Source: Octopus vulgaris
Taxonomy: Eukaryota
DNA: 64,000 nucleotides
Direction of reading: 5' to 3'
Assembly (NCBI GenBank): GCA_951406725.2
Contig: OX597816.1
Location: forward strand, 140,244,001-140,308,000
Shown: piece by piece, positions 1 through 13,069 of the stretch
Numbering within the stretch: the first letter of the stretch is position 1
How the letters are laid out: each line of letters opens with the position of its first letter
Notes under the pieces: model-generated
What the model was told of the DNA's origin: nothing
What the model saw: the letters and a program-made list of their open reading frames with translations, nothing else
Databases searched by the model: none
Program-made: the position numbers and the translations under genes

Positions 1-92
1 TTATACCTCGAACGAGGAAGGAATATAGATTGCTTAGTAACCAAGAAAGATACGATTTCCTTCGTAGCTTATATCTTTTAAAGCAAGATACG
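1..92 (+). CDS. Tyrosinase-like gene, internal exon (5' part outside window)
   Basis: From base 3 reads IPRTRKEYRLLSNQERYDFLRSLYLLKQDT, the R-K-E-Y-R-x-L motif that opens tyrosinase domains; GTAAGA donor at 93, phase 0, compatible with the next exon. Confidence 0.85.
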
Positions 93-127
93 GTAAGAAT
101 GATTTATTATTTCTATATAAACATATA

Positions 128-340
128 CGGAGAGCTGGCAGAATCGTTAGCACGCCTGGCAAATGCTTAGCGGCATTTCGTCCGCCATTACGTTCTGTGT
201 TCAAATTCCACCGTGGTCGACTTTACCTTTCATCCTTTCGGAGTCGATGAAATAAGTACCAGTTACGAACTGGGGTCGATGTAATCGACTAGCTTCCTCC
301 CCCAATATTTCAAGCCTTATGTCTATAGGAGAATGAATTA
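128..340 (+). mobile_element. tRNA-derived SINE, family 1
   Basis: gagctggcagaatcgttagcacgcc...ttcaaattcc...ttcatcctttcggagtcgat...aagtaccag; many copies in the window; Pol III A/B-box-like head. Confidence 0.85.
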
Positions 341-659
341 TTTCTATACAAACAACTATCAAGGAGACACTTGTTAATATTATTTCAGATAAACTTATAT
401 ACTTACACAATACTATTGGTTACAGTGTTTACAACAAGGGTCATGAAATTCTTTTTATGATAGCCCACTTTTAAGTTTTCTCCACATTTTCACATGGCAC
501 CACATATGTATATGTCATACATACATAAAAATATGCTCATGAGTTCCCAACCATATCCATTGCTAGTAATGTTTAAATAAGCAAAAGTTAAAGTAATCGG
601 CAGGCAAAAAGATATCAACCAACTGTTCAATGGTCCACAGAGAACATGCCAGGAAACAC

Positions 660-807
660 CTGTGTGTGTGTATACGAGTCTGTGTGTGTGTGTGTGTGTG
701 CGTGTGTGTGTGAGTGTGTGTGCACGCTATGCATATATATACATACATTCATTCATACATACATACATACATACATACATACATACATACATACATACAT
801 ACATACA

Positions 808-838
<31 letters not shown>
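660..838. repeat. (TG)n and (TACA)n microsatellites
   Basis: Directly visible. Confidence 0.95.
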
Positions 839-839
839 G

Positions 840-3800
840 TCAGGTCACTTATGAGGCTCTCATAAGTGCTACTGGTAACATGGAATCCAGTACAACCTAT
901 TGCATGCAACTAAACTGGCACCTCCACCAGGCTATCCTTGTGAGTGGGGTTGCTAGAAATCCAGCAGGATTAAAAACAAGACCTCTTGAAAGGTCGGATG
1001 AACCTAGTGCAGGCTCAACGGCTATCTAACAATAGCACGGGTACGCAGAAATTCCGGGATGGTGGCCGGCGTGCTGAAAGACCACTGGGAGTGAGGCACC
1101 CCTCAGCTTTTGTTAAAGCATGTCTCTCGGAGAAGGTCACTCTAATATAAAACCAGATATGCAAGGGATGACATTGAACATTTTGGGGATCTTTGGTTTG
1201 TGCTAGAGATCATGGCGCTCCCACATCCCTGAGCCTGCAACTCATATTGGCACCAGGCATCTTGTTCCGGCTTGTCTCTGGAGAATGTCAATAAATTTGA
1301 GAGGGTATGTGAGGTGACGTGCAAGCCTTATTGCTCAATATGTGTCTTTCCCCCCACCCTCTATATATTTATTTATGTGGCGATGGGAAGGTGGTGAAGC
1401 ATGCAGACCTGACGGGCTGGAAGCATGTAGTCAACGACCTGCACGTAGGCGGCCCATGCTAGATATAAAGTCGTCTCCTTGTAGCCCAAGACAGCGGTAG
1501 GATTCGGTTGCTGCATGGGTGTCTGAGCAGCTCCATTTGGAGAGGGCACTGCTCACTCGAAGACCGGGGAGTTTCTTGAAAAGGTGAACCAAAAAATTGT
1601 CTGTCTTTCTATATCTGGTCAGTTTAGCACAAATGATGGATGTCCACCCTGCGCTTGAGAAACAAAGAGACTTTTATTTACAAAATCTGGATGGAACTTG
1701 AACATTTCATGTTAGAATGTGCGCACTCTGTTGGATAACAAAAGTGATTGTAGGCATGAAAGACGCACTACACTTGCTTCTCGCGAGTTGAACTGTTATA
1801 ACATTGATATAGCTGCACCTTCAGAGACTCGTATAGAATGTGATGGTCAGATTGAGGAAGTAGGAAGTGGATACACTTTTTTTTAAGGGGAGGCAGAAGA
1901 GGGAGCAGAGAGAGGTTGGTGTTGGCTTTGCAGTTCGATCTGATACCCTTAAGAAGTTGGAGGAGCTTCCTGTTCCTATAAACGAACGTCTAATGACTCT
2001 AAGATTGCACCTGAAAGGTGAGCGGTTTCCTACTCTAATAAGTGCCTATGCACCCATTCTGACTAGCTGTGGTGAAGATAAAACTATATTTTATACCCAG
2101 CTGAGAGCCATACTTAGGAAAATCCCAAATTCTGATAAAGTCATTCTAGTGGGGGATATCAATGCCAGGGTTAGAACAGACTGGCAAACATGGAACTCTC
2201 TAAGACGTTTTGGAGTAGGGAAAATGAATAGCAATGGTCTAATGCTGCTGGAGCTTTGCGATGAACATGGACTTTACATCGCAAGCACTCATTTTATGCA
2301 CAAAGGTGACCACACAACAACGTGGATGCATCCAAGGTCTAAAGTTTGGCACTTGCTGGATTATGTCATCATCTGCAAGCGTGACATCTATGACATTTGT
2401 AATGTCAAGTCCTTTCATGGATCAGAATGCTGGACAGATCACAGTCTGGTGCGAGCAAAGTTCCGGATGATGATTAAAGTGAAAGAGAGAAGATAGCCAG
2501 TCAGCACTCCTCGGTGTCTGAATGTCTACAAGGTATATGAGGAAAGAGCTTCAGACTCGCTTGTCCAGCATTGAAAATACTGCAGCATGGGAAGATTTTT
2601 CGAGATCAGGTTCTTCAATGTGCTGCTGAAACACTGGCAAATGCTACTGCCAGACACAGAGACTGTTTTGATGAAAATGATGCTGAAGTTCAGCGACTAT
2701 TAGCTGTAAAGCGCCATGCCCATAATGTATTGCTACACAGAGGACTTTTTGCTGTGCAGCGAAATCTAGCACTTGCCCACTATAGCAGTGTAAAATCACT
2801 ACCGCAGCGATCTCTCAGGAAGATGCAGAACACCTGATGGGAGGATCTTGCTCGTGATGTTCAGGCTGCTGCTGATGAAAATGACAGCAAGAAGCTTTAC
2901 TATCTTATGAAGTAAGTTTATGGGCCTAAGAGCTCCACATCAGTTCCTTTGCTTTCCAAAGAGTCTTCCACTCTATTTACTAAATCAACAGAAATCACAG
3001 GTCGCTGGATAGAATTACTTCTTTGAAATCCCAAACCCCGAGCCAGTTGTGGATGAAACAGTGATTGATACTATGCAACAAAGACCTATCATTGGCTCCT
3101 TAAATTCGACGCCTTCAATAGATGAAGTAATGACATCAATAAGTAAATTGAATCTTGGTAGGGTTACCTGAAAGGATGGAATTTGTGCTGAGGTCTTACG
3201 ATTTGGTGGTGATTATAACATACAGTCCCTTCATGAACTTATTAGTGCAGTCTGGAGGGATGGTGCAATGCTTAAGGACTGGAAGGATGCAATTATTCTT
3301 CCTCTCTATAAAGGAAAAGGAGCCAGAACAATGTGTGGTAACTACAGAGGTATTGCTCTACTATCAGCTGCTGGCAAGGCTCGGGCAAATATTCTTCTTA
3401 CCCGCCTAAATGGGTGTCTCGTAAATAACGTCCTATCTGAATCTCAATGTGGCTTCCGATCTGGCAGAGGGACAATGGATATGATTTTCACAGCAAGGCC
3501 GATGCAGGAGAAGTGCTATGAGCAGAATATGGATCTTGTGCAGGTATTCATTGATTTAATGAAGGCCTTTGATACTGTGAATAGGGCCTTGCTATGGAAA
3601 ACACTTGGCAAACTTAGATGTCCGGATCACTTTGTATCTATAATTAAATCATTTCATGATGTGATGGAGGCTTGGGTCAATGTTGGTGGTGGCATGGCGG
3701 GATCCATTCCTGTAGAGAATGGTATCAAGTAGAATGCCCCAACACTCTTTCTTTGTACTTTTGCTGCTGCTTTTACTCATGCCTTTTCTAAGGTTAGCGC

Positions 3801-3940
3801 TCTGGGAACATATGTCAAATATCAACTTCTGGCCGCCTCTTTAATCTGCGCCGATTTGCTGCCAATTCAAAAGTTTTCCAGTCTCTTATTCGTGACGCCC
3901 TTTATGCAGATGACTGTGACTTAGTCACTCATACAGGAAA
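840..3940 (+). mobile_element. RTE-clade LINE, degenerate (APE endonuclease + reverse transcriptase), in tyrosinase intron
   Basis: NVRTL...SETR, GVGFAV, AYAP, GDINARV, WMHPRSKVWHLLDYV and TDH endonuclease motifs; NYRGIALLS, QCGFRSGRGT, FIDLMKAFD and LYADD RT motifs; multiple stops and frameshifts; ends after YADD. Confidence 0.9.
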
Positions 3941-4374
3941 ACACAGCTGTTGCAATAATAACACTGTACTTCCATGGGCCCACAGCTATGACATCAATAT
4001 CAACATTAGCTTGTTAAAGGTCATCTATATTACGACATCTAATGATATTTAGTGCTAATCTCTGATTATTTTGTCGATATAATTTATCATCTCAAGTTAG
4101 AATATACAGACACTGCTCCTCAGACAGTTGTACTCTTTTAATTCTTTTTGAAGAGCATCTCTTCACCCTGAAGAAGGAGGCTTGATTTTTCCAGTGTTTG
4201 TTTTCTTCCATTACTGGTTGCAGATGTTTGAGAAACTACATCTGCCAACATTATCAAGGAACTCCGAGCCCCCAGAAACAGATGTTGGACTTGTAACATC
4301 ATGCCTTCTCCCCTCTAATTCTCTGAGTCTATACTATCTAAATACGTTTGCACTATTAGTATATAAATATATGA

Positions 4375-4575
4375 AGGCGGTGAGATGGCAGAACTGTTAG
4401 CACGCCGAGCAAAATGTATAGCATCATTTCGTCTGTCTATATGTTCTGAGTTCAAATTCCACTGAGGTCGACTTTGCCTTTCATCCTTTCGGGATCGATA
4501 AAATAAATACCAGCTGATGTAATCGACTATACCCCTCCCCCGAAATTGCTGGCTTTGTGCCAAAATTTGAAACCC
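4375..4575 (+). mobile_element. SINE family 1
   Basis: Matches the family 1 head and body. Confidence 0.85.
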
Positions 4576-4724
4576 TTTCATAAATATACATATATTTATA
4601 TTTGAATGTTAATCATCTGAAAATTTTAATTCTTTGCCTTTTATTTATTTACATGTGTATATATTCAGTATATCAAACTCAAGGAGTTTTATGTGTTTGC
4701 ATCATTGTCTACATACACAGATAT

Positions 4725-4857
4725 ATCCATTCCTCCATCCATCCATCCATCCATCCATACATACATACATACACATACACATAAATACATACATACATAC
4801 ATACATACATACATACATACATACATACATACATACATACATACATACATACATACA

Positions 4858-4889
<32 letters not shown>

Positions 4890-4890
4890 C
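4725..4890. repeat. (ATCC)n/(TACA)n microsatellite
   Basis: Directly visible. Confidence 0.95.
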
Positions 4891-5155
4891 GCATGCATAA
4901 ATACATATATACTAAGAAGGAGAGTAAATATGTAAGACTGACATATAAAATGGAAATTAATATTTTAAAAGACAACTTTCACAGAAGAAGGAAAAAAATA
5001 TATTTGATATGAAAACAAATCTCCTGTTCTTTCCAGAATAATAGAAATCTTTCATCGAAAACAGAAATCAAAATTAAAAGGCATAACTTCAAATAAAACT
5101 TATAAACGTTTGCTGTGTCCTAATCATTATGATTTTTAAATTATTTCTTTTACAG

Positions 5156-5268
5156 AGACTGTCACCAAATGTATTCGATTCTATCGCCTTCCTGCACACT
5201 GGTGATACTGCAAGAAACGCCCATGCTGGTCCTACATTTCTTCTCTGGCACAGAATCTATTTGAGAAT
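5156..5268 (+). CDS. Tyrosinase-like gene, CuA exon
   Basis: Acceptor ttcttttacAG (5154-5155), donor GTAAGT at 5269. Reads RLSPNVFDSIAFLHTGDTARNAHAGPTFLLWHRIYLR with the three CuA histidines. Phase 2 end (AT) joins C at 7100. Confidence 0.92.
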
Positions 5269-5489
5269 GTAAGTCATGCAATCAAGTATTATTCTTCCAG
5301 GTTCCTTCTGCTCTTTTCCTGTTTCTTTATCTCTTTCTTTATTGATTTTTTTAACTTTTGCCTCTTTCCCTTCCCATTTTTCCGTTATCTTTTTGTGTTC
5401 TTATTTCCTCCTCCCCCTCTCCTCCTCCTCCTCCTCCTCATCATCATCATCATATTATTATTATTATTATTATGATTATTATTATTATT

Positions 5490-6415
5490 ATCTTTCGATT
5501 CTATTTACATTTCTTGCCGAGTGTCTTTCTGACATCTAGGGCAGGGAAACGTACTGTATACATTGGTAGGCCATTAAAACAAACACATCAGACTGTTCAT
5601 TTACAGAATCATGTGTTAGAGGAAAAGGAAAAAATAAAAAATAGAAAAGTAAACAAATAAAATAAAGGTGTGGTGGGAGAAAATTCAAGCGACAATGCTC
5701 TTCTCAATACGCGTGACGTACCGGTTAAGACAATCTTTTGCACTTCCTGCATGTATGGTAAGCCCGGGATCGTTCTTTAAAAAATTTCAGTTTCGTTTTT
5801 TTTATCATTTCAGGATGGTGCTTGTACCATTTGTCAGCAGTTTTGATTTTATAATGCCCACACATTATCCATTGTAGATATTGGCCAACTCTGTCATGTC
5901 TTGATTTGTACTCTACAGGTGCTAAAACCTTACACCCAGAGATTAGATGGTCAACTGTTTCTATCCCATCGTTGCAGTATCGGCACTTTGGGTCTACACC
6001 ATTTTTCATCACATTGGCTTGATAGTACCAGGTCAATAAGCTCTGATCTTGGGCAACCAAAATAAATCCTGTACTCTCTGACTTTAGCCCTGAGCTCCGT
6101 AGCCACTAAATGGGTATGCTTCTGATCTACATCAGCTTGTTTGCTACGGGCCATATATTTGCCATGCTGAGGTTTTTGTTCCCACCTATCAGCCAATTGT
6201 TCAAGCGCAATTTGCTTTGCTATTGAGTTCAACTTCTTTGCAACTACAGCTGCTACACTTTCCTCATGCTGTTCAACCTGGATATTATGTATAAACTCAC
6301 TTGAAAATTTTTTGCTCTCCTTCATAACAGACTGAATCTTCTTACGTCTTTCATGGTTTTTAATTAGCTTTAGCATCCAGTTGTTAGATGTTTCAAGATA
6401 TTTTTCCAGTTCAGT
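5490..6415 (-). mobile_element. R4/Dong-like non-LTR retrotransposon 3' fragment (subfamily A) flanked by (TTA)n/(TCA)n
   Basis: CRYC..ETVDHLISGC..RHDRV zinc-knuckle/RLE motifs; 3' UTR shared with 13601-14137 and 16478-17190. Confidence 0.85.
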
Positions 6416-6436
6416 TGTGGTGGTTATCATCATCAG

Positions 6437-6490
<54 letters not shown>

Positions 6491-6503
6491 TATCGTCGTC
6501 GTC

Positions 6504-6562
<59 letters not shown>

Positions 6563-7099
6563 CAACTATGATATTGAATAAACACCTATGCTTTAAATAT
6601 ATTAGTATATATAATATGAAGTAAACTACAAGATATTTATAAATTTCCATTTCAGATGCAATTTTTTACATTAGGAATAGCGTGAAACCCATTTAGACTT
6701 CTTAATTTGTTAACATAAATCGAACGCAATAATAGACACCCCATATATCTCATTATTTATAGGAATTGTGAGTCATGTTGCTCCATCAATTTGTTTTTCA
6801 AAGTAAATGATATCTACAGTCGCTGTGCACACACATATTCTGCGATCACTGGGGGCGTACACTCCCATCCGATCTTAAAAGTCTAAGATAAGTTTATAAA
6901 TATACACTAACCTTTGCTGGCGAATTCTTGAGATATGCCAGTATACAAAAGATTAAAGCGTCTCTTGTACTAGAACAATTTGTGCATAATATAATTTTCC
7001 CTTGATAAATGAAATTAGTTAATCGATAAAAGTAAATATGTATTGAAATATGTTTTCTACGTATTAAATAGGGTTTACATTTTTTTTTTTTCATTTTAG

Positions 7100-8702
7100 C
7101 TTGGAAGATGCTCTTCGTGAAAAAGTACCTGGTGTAACAATTCCATTTTGGGATCCAACTCTTGACAGTCATCTTCCTAATCCTCGAGATTCCACTATGT
7201 GGTCAGATGAGTTAATGGGAACTATCAATGGTTTCGTCACTAAAGGGCCGTTTGCTAACTGGAAAACACCAATTGGTTATCTAGTAAGGAACGGGGGTTT
7301 CAGTACAAGGTTACCGACAAGTAGTAACATCGAAGATGTTCTCACTCGAACGAAACTCGAAGAGATCTCTGAACCAAATGCAGAAGATCGATATAACCTT
7401 GAATCCATGCATAATTCTATGCATGTTGCTATTGGAGGTCACATGGCTCGGGTACCATCATCGCCCATGGACCCAGTTTTCTGGCTACTCCACAGTTACG
7501 TAGAACTTGTCCACACGCGTTTCACTGAAAACCAAAGGCGACACAACGTTAATCCCGCAACAGATTATCCTTCGAATTATGGTTTAAATGTTTACGCTCC
7601 CAATCAAAGTATTGGTCTTATGAATTTAACCGTTGCAGAAGCATTAAAAAATACTAGTTCTTACACTCATTTCTACAAATATGACTATAGTTACTTGAAA
7701 AACTGTACTCTCGATCCAAAGGTATGTAATTCTCCATACCTAACCTGCAATAATGGTAGATGCGAGTCGAAATCTAGAAACTCAACTCGTTGCAGTACTT
7801 TAATTCCCTATCAGAATATGTTTTGTATCAACCGTAGATGCGATGTAGATGAATGGGCATTTATTCCGGTTGAAGTTATTTACGAACGACCTTTCGACAC
7901 GATGAAATTTGGAAATTTTCCTATCAAAAACGGCGTGCCGAATTTGCTGAATGATCTGTATGATGATAATCGACTTCAAAATTCCTCCGGTAATTCTAAC
8001 AGAAATAATTGTCAAATAAACAAGTGTTGTGGTCCTGCAGGAAGACTCAATGTTCGAGCTATTGGTTTAAATTATTTTGGAACCTATGAAGAGATGGCGG
8101 TGATAGATCGCAGATTAGCTGTATCATCGGATATATCTTACTTGGGAATCAGAGACCCGCAGAAAAATAACAGTGTAGTATTTTTGTCAGCGTCAGAACA
8201 ATGTGGAAGAATATGTCGTCCTTCTTGTTTAGTGCCGGGTTCAAATCCGCCGAGATACATACAATGTATAGGATTGTTGAACATAACACGTTACAACGCT
8301 ACTTTGTACGGTAAAACACTCGCAGACGCTTACATGAACGTGTGGGATTATGGAAACCAGATACGACCGAAACTGAGACATGAAAATATTCCAATAGTGT
8401 TCCATTGTGATGACAGCCAGTGGCCATTTAACAACAACAATACATCTACAACAACGACGACGACGACGACAACAACAACAACCACCACAACACTGCCGAC
8501 AACAACAACACCACTACCAACAACAACTACAACATCAACGACGACAACAACAACACCAACTCCAACGACGACAACAACAACACCAACACCAACACGACAA
8601 CCACAACACCACTACCAACAACAACAACCACAACACCAACTCCAACGACGACAACAACAACACCAACTCCAACGACTACAACAGCGACAACTACATATCG
8701 AA
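7100..8702 (+). CDS. Tyrosinase-like gene, large exon: CuB site, Cys-rich region, Thr/Pro linker
   Basis: Acceptor ttcattttAG (7098-7099). ORF 7101 has IPFWD and the CuB motif HNSMHVAIGGHM...DPVFWLLH, a Cys-rich segment, then a Thr-rich repeat. GTAAGT donor at 8703. Apparent frameshift near 8594. Confidence 0.92.
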
Positions 8703-8818
8703 GTAAGTGGCCTTTTTTTATCATATCATATGTTCATATTACATCGTGTTTGTGTAAGAGAAGGCCTAGTAGTCTGGTGATCGTAGTAGTTTAATGTAGG
8801 TGGTGGTAGTCCCAGCTG

Positions 8819-9200
8819 GTGGAGGCGCAATGGCCCAGTGGTTAGGGCAGCGGACTCGCGGTCATAGGATCGCGGTTTCGATTCCCAGACCGGGCGTTGT
8901 GAGTGTTTATTGAGCGAAAACACCTAAAAGCTCCACGAGGCTCCGGCAGGGGATGGTGGTGATCCCTGTACTCTTTCACTATAACTTTCTCTCACTCTTA
9001 CTTCCTGTTTCTGTTGTACCTGTATTTCAAGGAGCCGGCCTTGTCACTCTCTGTGTCACGCTGAATATCCCCGAGAACTACGTTATGGGTGCACGTGTCT
9101 GTGGAGTGCTCAGCCACTTACACGTTAATTTCACGAGCAGGCTGTTACGTTGATTCGGATCAACCGGAACCCTCATCGTCGTAACCGACGGAGTGCTTCC
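8819..9200 (+). mobile_element. tRNA-derived SINE, family 2, full length with 11-bp TSD
   Basis: tRNA-like head (tggcccagtgg...ggtttcgattcc); flanking direct repeat AGTCCCAGCTG at 8808-8818 and 9201-9211; partial relatives at ~36570-36830 and ~38655-38810. Confidence 0.88.
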
Positions 9201-9678
9201 AGTCCCAGCTGATTTAACTAACTGGAGTGAGGATGGGGATAGCTTTATTAGGATTAAAGTAATCAAAATGTGAGACAGTGCAGGGCAACGTAATCTAGGG
9301 TAGTAAAGAGTTTTACTGCAGGTAATGTTGAATCTTCTATGCAATGGATTGTCTAAATGGATAGACTTTGATTGTATGGATTCTGACTTCATGTTTCGTC
9401 ACGATTTGCAATACGTCTTTATACGAGGCAAAAAACAATTATATCCATCATAGTTACATAGGAACCAAATGTTATTTTACATATGTTATTGTTCAGTACT
9501 AATTTCTAAGTTTTGTTGTGTTAAGCTGATTAAAATATATCAATAAAGGTATTTTTTAATTAACGGTGATTTGAATTCAGTTAGGCATGTCATTAACATA
9601 TCGGACAATTCTACATTGCCGCCGCGTAGCAATAGGTTAACTTTATTATATGCACTACCTACTCATCTATATATATAT

Positions 9679-9746
<68 letters not shown>

Positions 9747-10289
9747 TATGTGTGTGTGTGTGTATAGATGAAGTGTCTTGTCTACATATTAATTATTGAG
9801 AGTGACAATGGACACAAAGCCTCCCTTAATATTATTCAAACTGAAAGCGGCGAGCAAGCAGAACCGTTACCGCGCCGGGCGAAAGGTTTAGTGGCATTTC
9901 GTCTGTCTTTACGTTTTGAGGTTGTCTTTATCTTTCATCGATAAAATAAGTACCAGAAATAAGTACCAGAAATTTCTGACTTTGTGCCAAAATGTGAAAC
10001 CGGTATTACTCAAACTGCCAAATTCCATACTGGTTTTCTGGCATATACATTTATCAAAAAGAGAAAAATGCTAAGAGACAATCAGAACCTTTTAAATTAC
10101 TTGGTGAACCTGACAACCAATGCAAGTGCCATTTCTTTGTTGTTACATATTAAGGGTAAGCTCAGCCACATCAAGCTTGCAACTCTCAACTTTACAAACG
10201 CCAGGACAATTAGTCTGTAAAGAATTGCAAATACTAGGCATATTACTGAAATTGTATTCTTTCTAATGTTTCTCGTTTCTCTTTTGCAG

Positions 10290-10477
10290 ACTGCTACAAT
10301 CCCAGGAGCTGTACCTCTAAGAAACGATGTCGATGTAAAGATGGAGATAAACAATCTTGCCGAAAAAGTTGTTCCCATTATGCTATTTGTTACTTTGGTC
10401 GTTACTATAAGATGTCTTGTGGCTACGGTCGAAGGTTTGAAAAGTCCATTGGAAAGTGTGTTTATGGATACTGCTAA
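10290..10477 (+). CDS. Tyrosinase-like gene, last coding exon: Cys-rich, chitin-binding type 2 (CBM14)-like domain
   Basis: Acceptor tctcttttgcAG (10288-10289). In phase 1 reads NCYNPRSCTSKKRCRCKDGDKQSCRKSCSHYAICYFGRYYKMSCGYGRRFEKSIGKCVYGYC-stop (TAA 10475-10477). The C-x2-Y-x2-C...C-x2-G-x2-F-x6-C spacing resembles CBM14. Confidence 0.75.
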
Positions 10478-10616
10478 TACTAAGCAATATTCCCATTGAT
10501 GTTACAATTGAAATGTTTCTCAACTACAGACCTTTGCATAGTAATTTGAAGAGGACATAACCATCTAACACCCACCGCTGGATTGATTGACTGATGAATG
10601 GATGGATGATGAGTAG

Positions 10617-10814
10617 AATAAATGAATGAATGAATAAATGAATGAATGAAGGAAGGAATGTATGAAATGAGAAAATGAATTGTGATATGAAAATCTATAT
10701 AGAATCCGGTACTAACTTTCAACAAAAAGGTGGATATTTGATTTGGTTAATATTTTTCAGTTAATTATTTATTCGTCGAAATTCTTATCTAATCTTACTA
10801 TAAAGCTCAATAAA
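10617..10814 (+). terminator. Candidate polyadenylation signals of the tyrosinase gene
   Basis: AATAAA at ~10617, ~10633 and ~10809, downstream of the stop codon; which is used is unknown. Confidence 0.3.
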
Positions 10815-11970
10815 TATATAATTACTTTAGATGTTCTGATGGTTTTTATTTTTTTACTCGGAAGTCCCTTGCGAAAATGGTAAACTATTTGGAATTAAAT
10901 GAAGGGAGGAATGATTTTACCGAATTGACGTCTAATTTCCTTATAGTGCACACCACTCGTTTCGGAAATGATGGAAACAAGTTGATCAGAATCAAAGAGA
11001 CAACATATTTACTTGTTATAAACATTTGATCGACGTATTGGGTTCTTTCCATCTCGTTCATACAGATCAATATTTGTATGGTATGATGGCGATGACCTAA
11101 GAAAATTGCATAACATCGCATTTAATGCATTGAAGTATTTACTTATGTCCCTCAATTATCAAAGTCCCAAACCTGCCAAAATCGATTTTTTTTGTCTTCT
11201 TTCCTATTTTTGTTTTTAATAAAATATGAATCAATATTATTTGAGGATCGACAATATAACCTGCCTTATGCATAGCGAGAACGTTTCGACATCGTAAAGC
11301 AGTACCAATAAGAAGAGGAGGAGTGGGATGGAGGAAGATGAAGGAAAGGAGGGGAAGAAGGAAGTGGTGGAGGAAAAGAAAAACGGAGGAGGAGGAGATG
11401 CTCAAGAAGGAGGAAGAGGAAGAGAAGAAGAAGAAGAAGAAGAAGAAGAAGAAGAAGAAGAAGAAGAAGAAGAAGAAGAAGAAGAAGAAGAAGAAGAAGA
11501 CAGATAGACAGAAAGACAGACAGACAAACAGACACGAATGTAGAGGGAAATTTTTTGTTTCATTGGGAAAAGGCCACAAATTTTGGAGAAAGTCTATTAA
11601 GCCACCGCCAACTTTCCACAGGTACAGTCTATCTGACTCGATCCAGTCAAGATTTGAACTTAAGGCACAAAAGACCATAATTTATGATAAAAGACAATTT
11701 ACTGCAGTTTTCTGCCATTCTTTTTCTTTCAGGCCTGAGCTTAAATTCGCCCAAGCCAGTATAGAAGGTACTTGCGCTAGACTATGCCCCTTTAAAACAC
11801 TGTATATCAATGTTGACGATTTCAAACACCCACTTCTAACTGTTCATATTTTAGCATATGACAACGGAAAGAAGCCTTTGTTATTAACGTAGGGGTTGTA
11901 GTAAGAATAGTAAGAATAGTAGGAATAGAGAAGTATTAACAAACCTCTCTTCTCCGTATTTCTCAACCTA

Positions 11971-13062
11971 CGAGGGGCGTTCAATAAGTAATGCCCCTGA
12001 CCCACTTCCCATAGCAGCAGAGCAACGAAACTTGGCACAGGTATTAGTCTTTTTCTACATAGGAACAACCCAGAGGTACGCATTTCTCCCATCGTTTGAT
12101 GCAGTTCTGGAGACCGTTTTCGTAGAAGACCCCAGCTTGGTCCTCCAACCACGACGTGACTTCAGAAATCAAGGCTGCATCATCTGGGAAACGCTTTCCT
12201 TTCAAAAACAACTTCATGGCTGGAAAGAGGTGAAAATCAGAGGGTGCAAGGTCAGGAGAGTAGGGGGATGGGGGAAGAGTTCATAGCCATACGCCTGTGC
12301 TTCTGATCTGGCGACACGCGAGTTGTGGACCGGAGCGTTGTCCTGCAGGAGGAGGATGCCTTTGCTGATCTTGCCCCGCCTCTTGGTTTCGATAGCTTCT
12401 CTTAATTTCCACAAAAGTGAAACATGATAGGCTCCTGTAATTGTGGTACCCTTTGCCAGGAAATCTGTCATCACTACTCCGTCCTGGTCCCAGAAGACTG
12501 TGAGCATGACCTTGCCAGCGGAGGGCTGCACCCTTGCCTTCATTGGAGGAGGTGAGTCATGGTGCTTCTACTGCATTGACTGGGCTTTGGTCTCTGGATC
12601 ATAGTGATGGACCCAGGTCTCATCCTGTGTAATCAGTCTTTTGAAAAATTTTAACTCATCTTCTTGGCACATCCCTAAATTCTCGCTTCTGGAATTCTTG
12701 CGTTCTTGCTTCTGGAAAAGTGTGAGCAACCTGGAAGTTCCGACCATGTTTGAATTCACGATGCCAGCGTTTTACAAGGTCATATGATGGGGCATCATCA
12801 CCATAAGTTACTTTCATTTCATTAAAAGTCTCCTGTGGTGTGCGTCATTTCAAATAGAAAAACCAGATCACTGCTCGACACTCAACATGCTCCATTTCCC
12901 ACTTGACTCATTTCAAACACCTGTAAATCAGAAACCACAATAAGTTGGGAGCTGTAATTTGCCACTTAATCTATAGAGATATCAATAATTGCACATGCAA
13001 AATTTCAGCTAGATCAAACAGAGGCAAGTGGGTCAGAGACATTACTTATTGAACGCCCCTCG
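11971..13062 (-). mobile_element. mariner DNA transposon, internally deleted and degenerate
   Basis: TIRs CGAGGGGCGTTCAATAAGTAATG at both ends, flanked by TA; transposase motifs ITQDETWVHHYDPE, KVMLTVFWD, LQDNAPVH; stops and frameshifts. Confidence 0.93.
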
Positions 13063-13069
13063 TATAGGC

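Noticed and set aside
563-1029. ORFs rich in HT/YIHT/CV repeats here and at 4.6-5.0, 25.0-25.6, 35.0-36.0, 52.4, 53.8-55.0 and 60.9-61.6 kb
   Set aside because: They are translations of di- and tetranucleotide microsatellites, not genes.
840-1150. HDV-like ribozyme at the RTE 5' end
   Set aside because: Plausible for the clade, but I could not assemble the nested double pseudoknot by eye.
8703-8780. C-terminal extension of ORF 7101-8780
   Set aside because: It lies beyond a consensus GTAAGT donor, so it is read-through into the intron.
8821-8895. tRNA-Arg-like gene
   Set aside because: It is the head of a SINE with a body, a TSD and related copies.
10266-10499. 77-aa ORF as an independent gene
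   Set aside because: It starts in the polypyrimidine tract and overlaps the last tyrosinase exon; the Cys-rich frame is more plausible.
11139-11892. Poly-K and poly-F ORFs
   Set aside because: Produced by a (GAA)n microsatellite.
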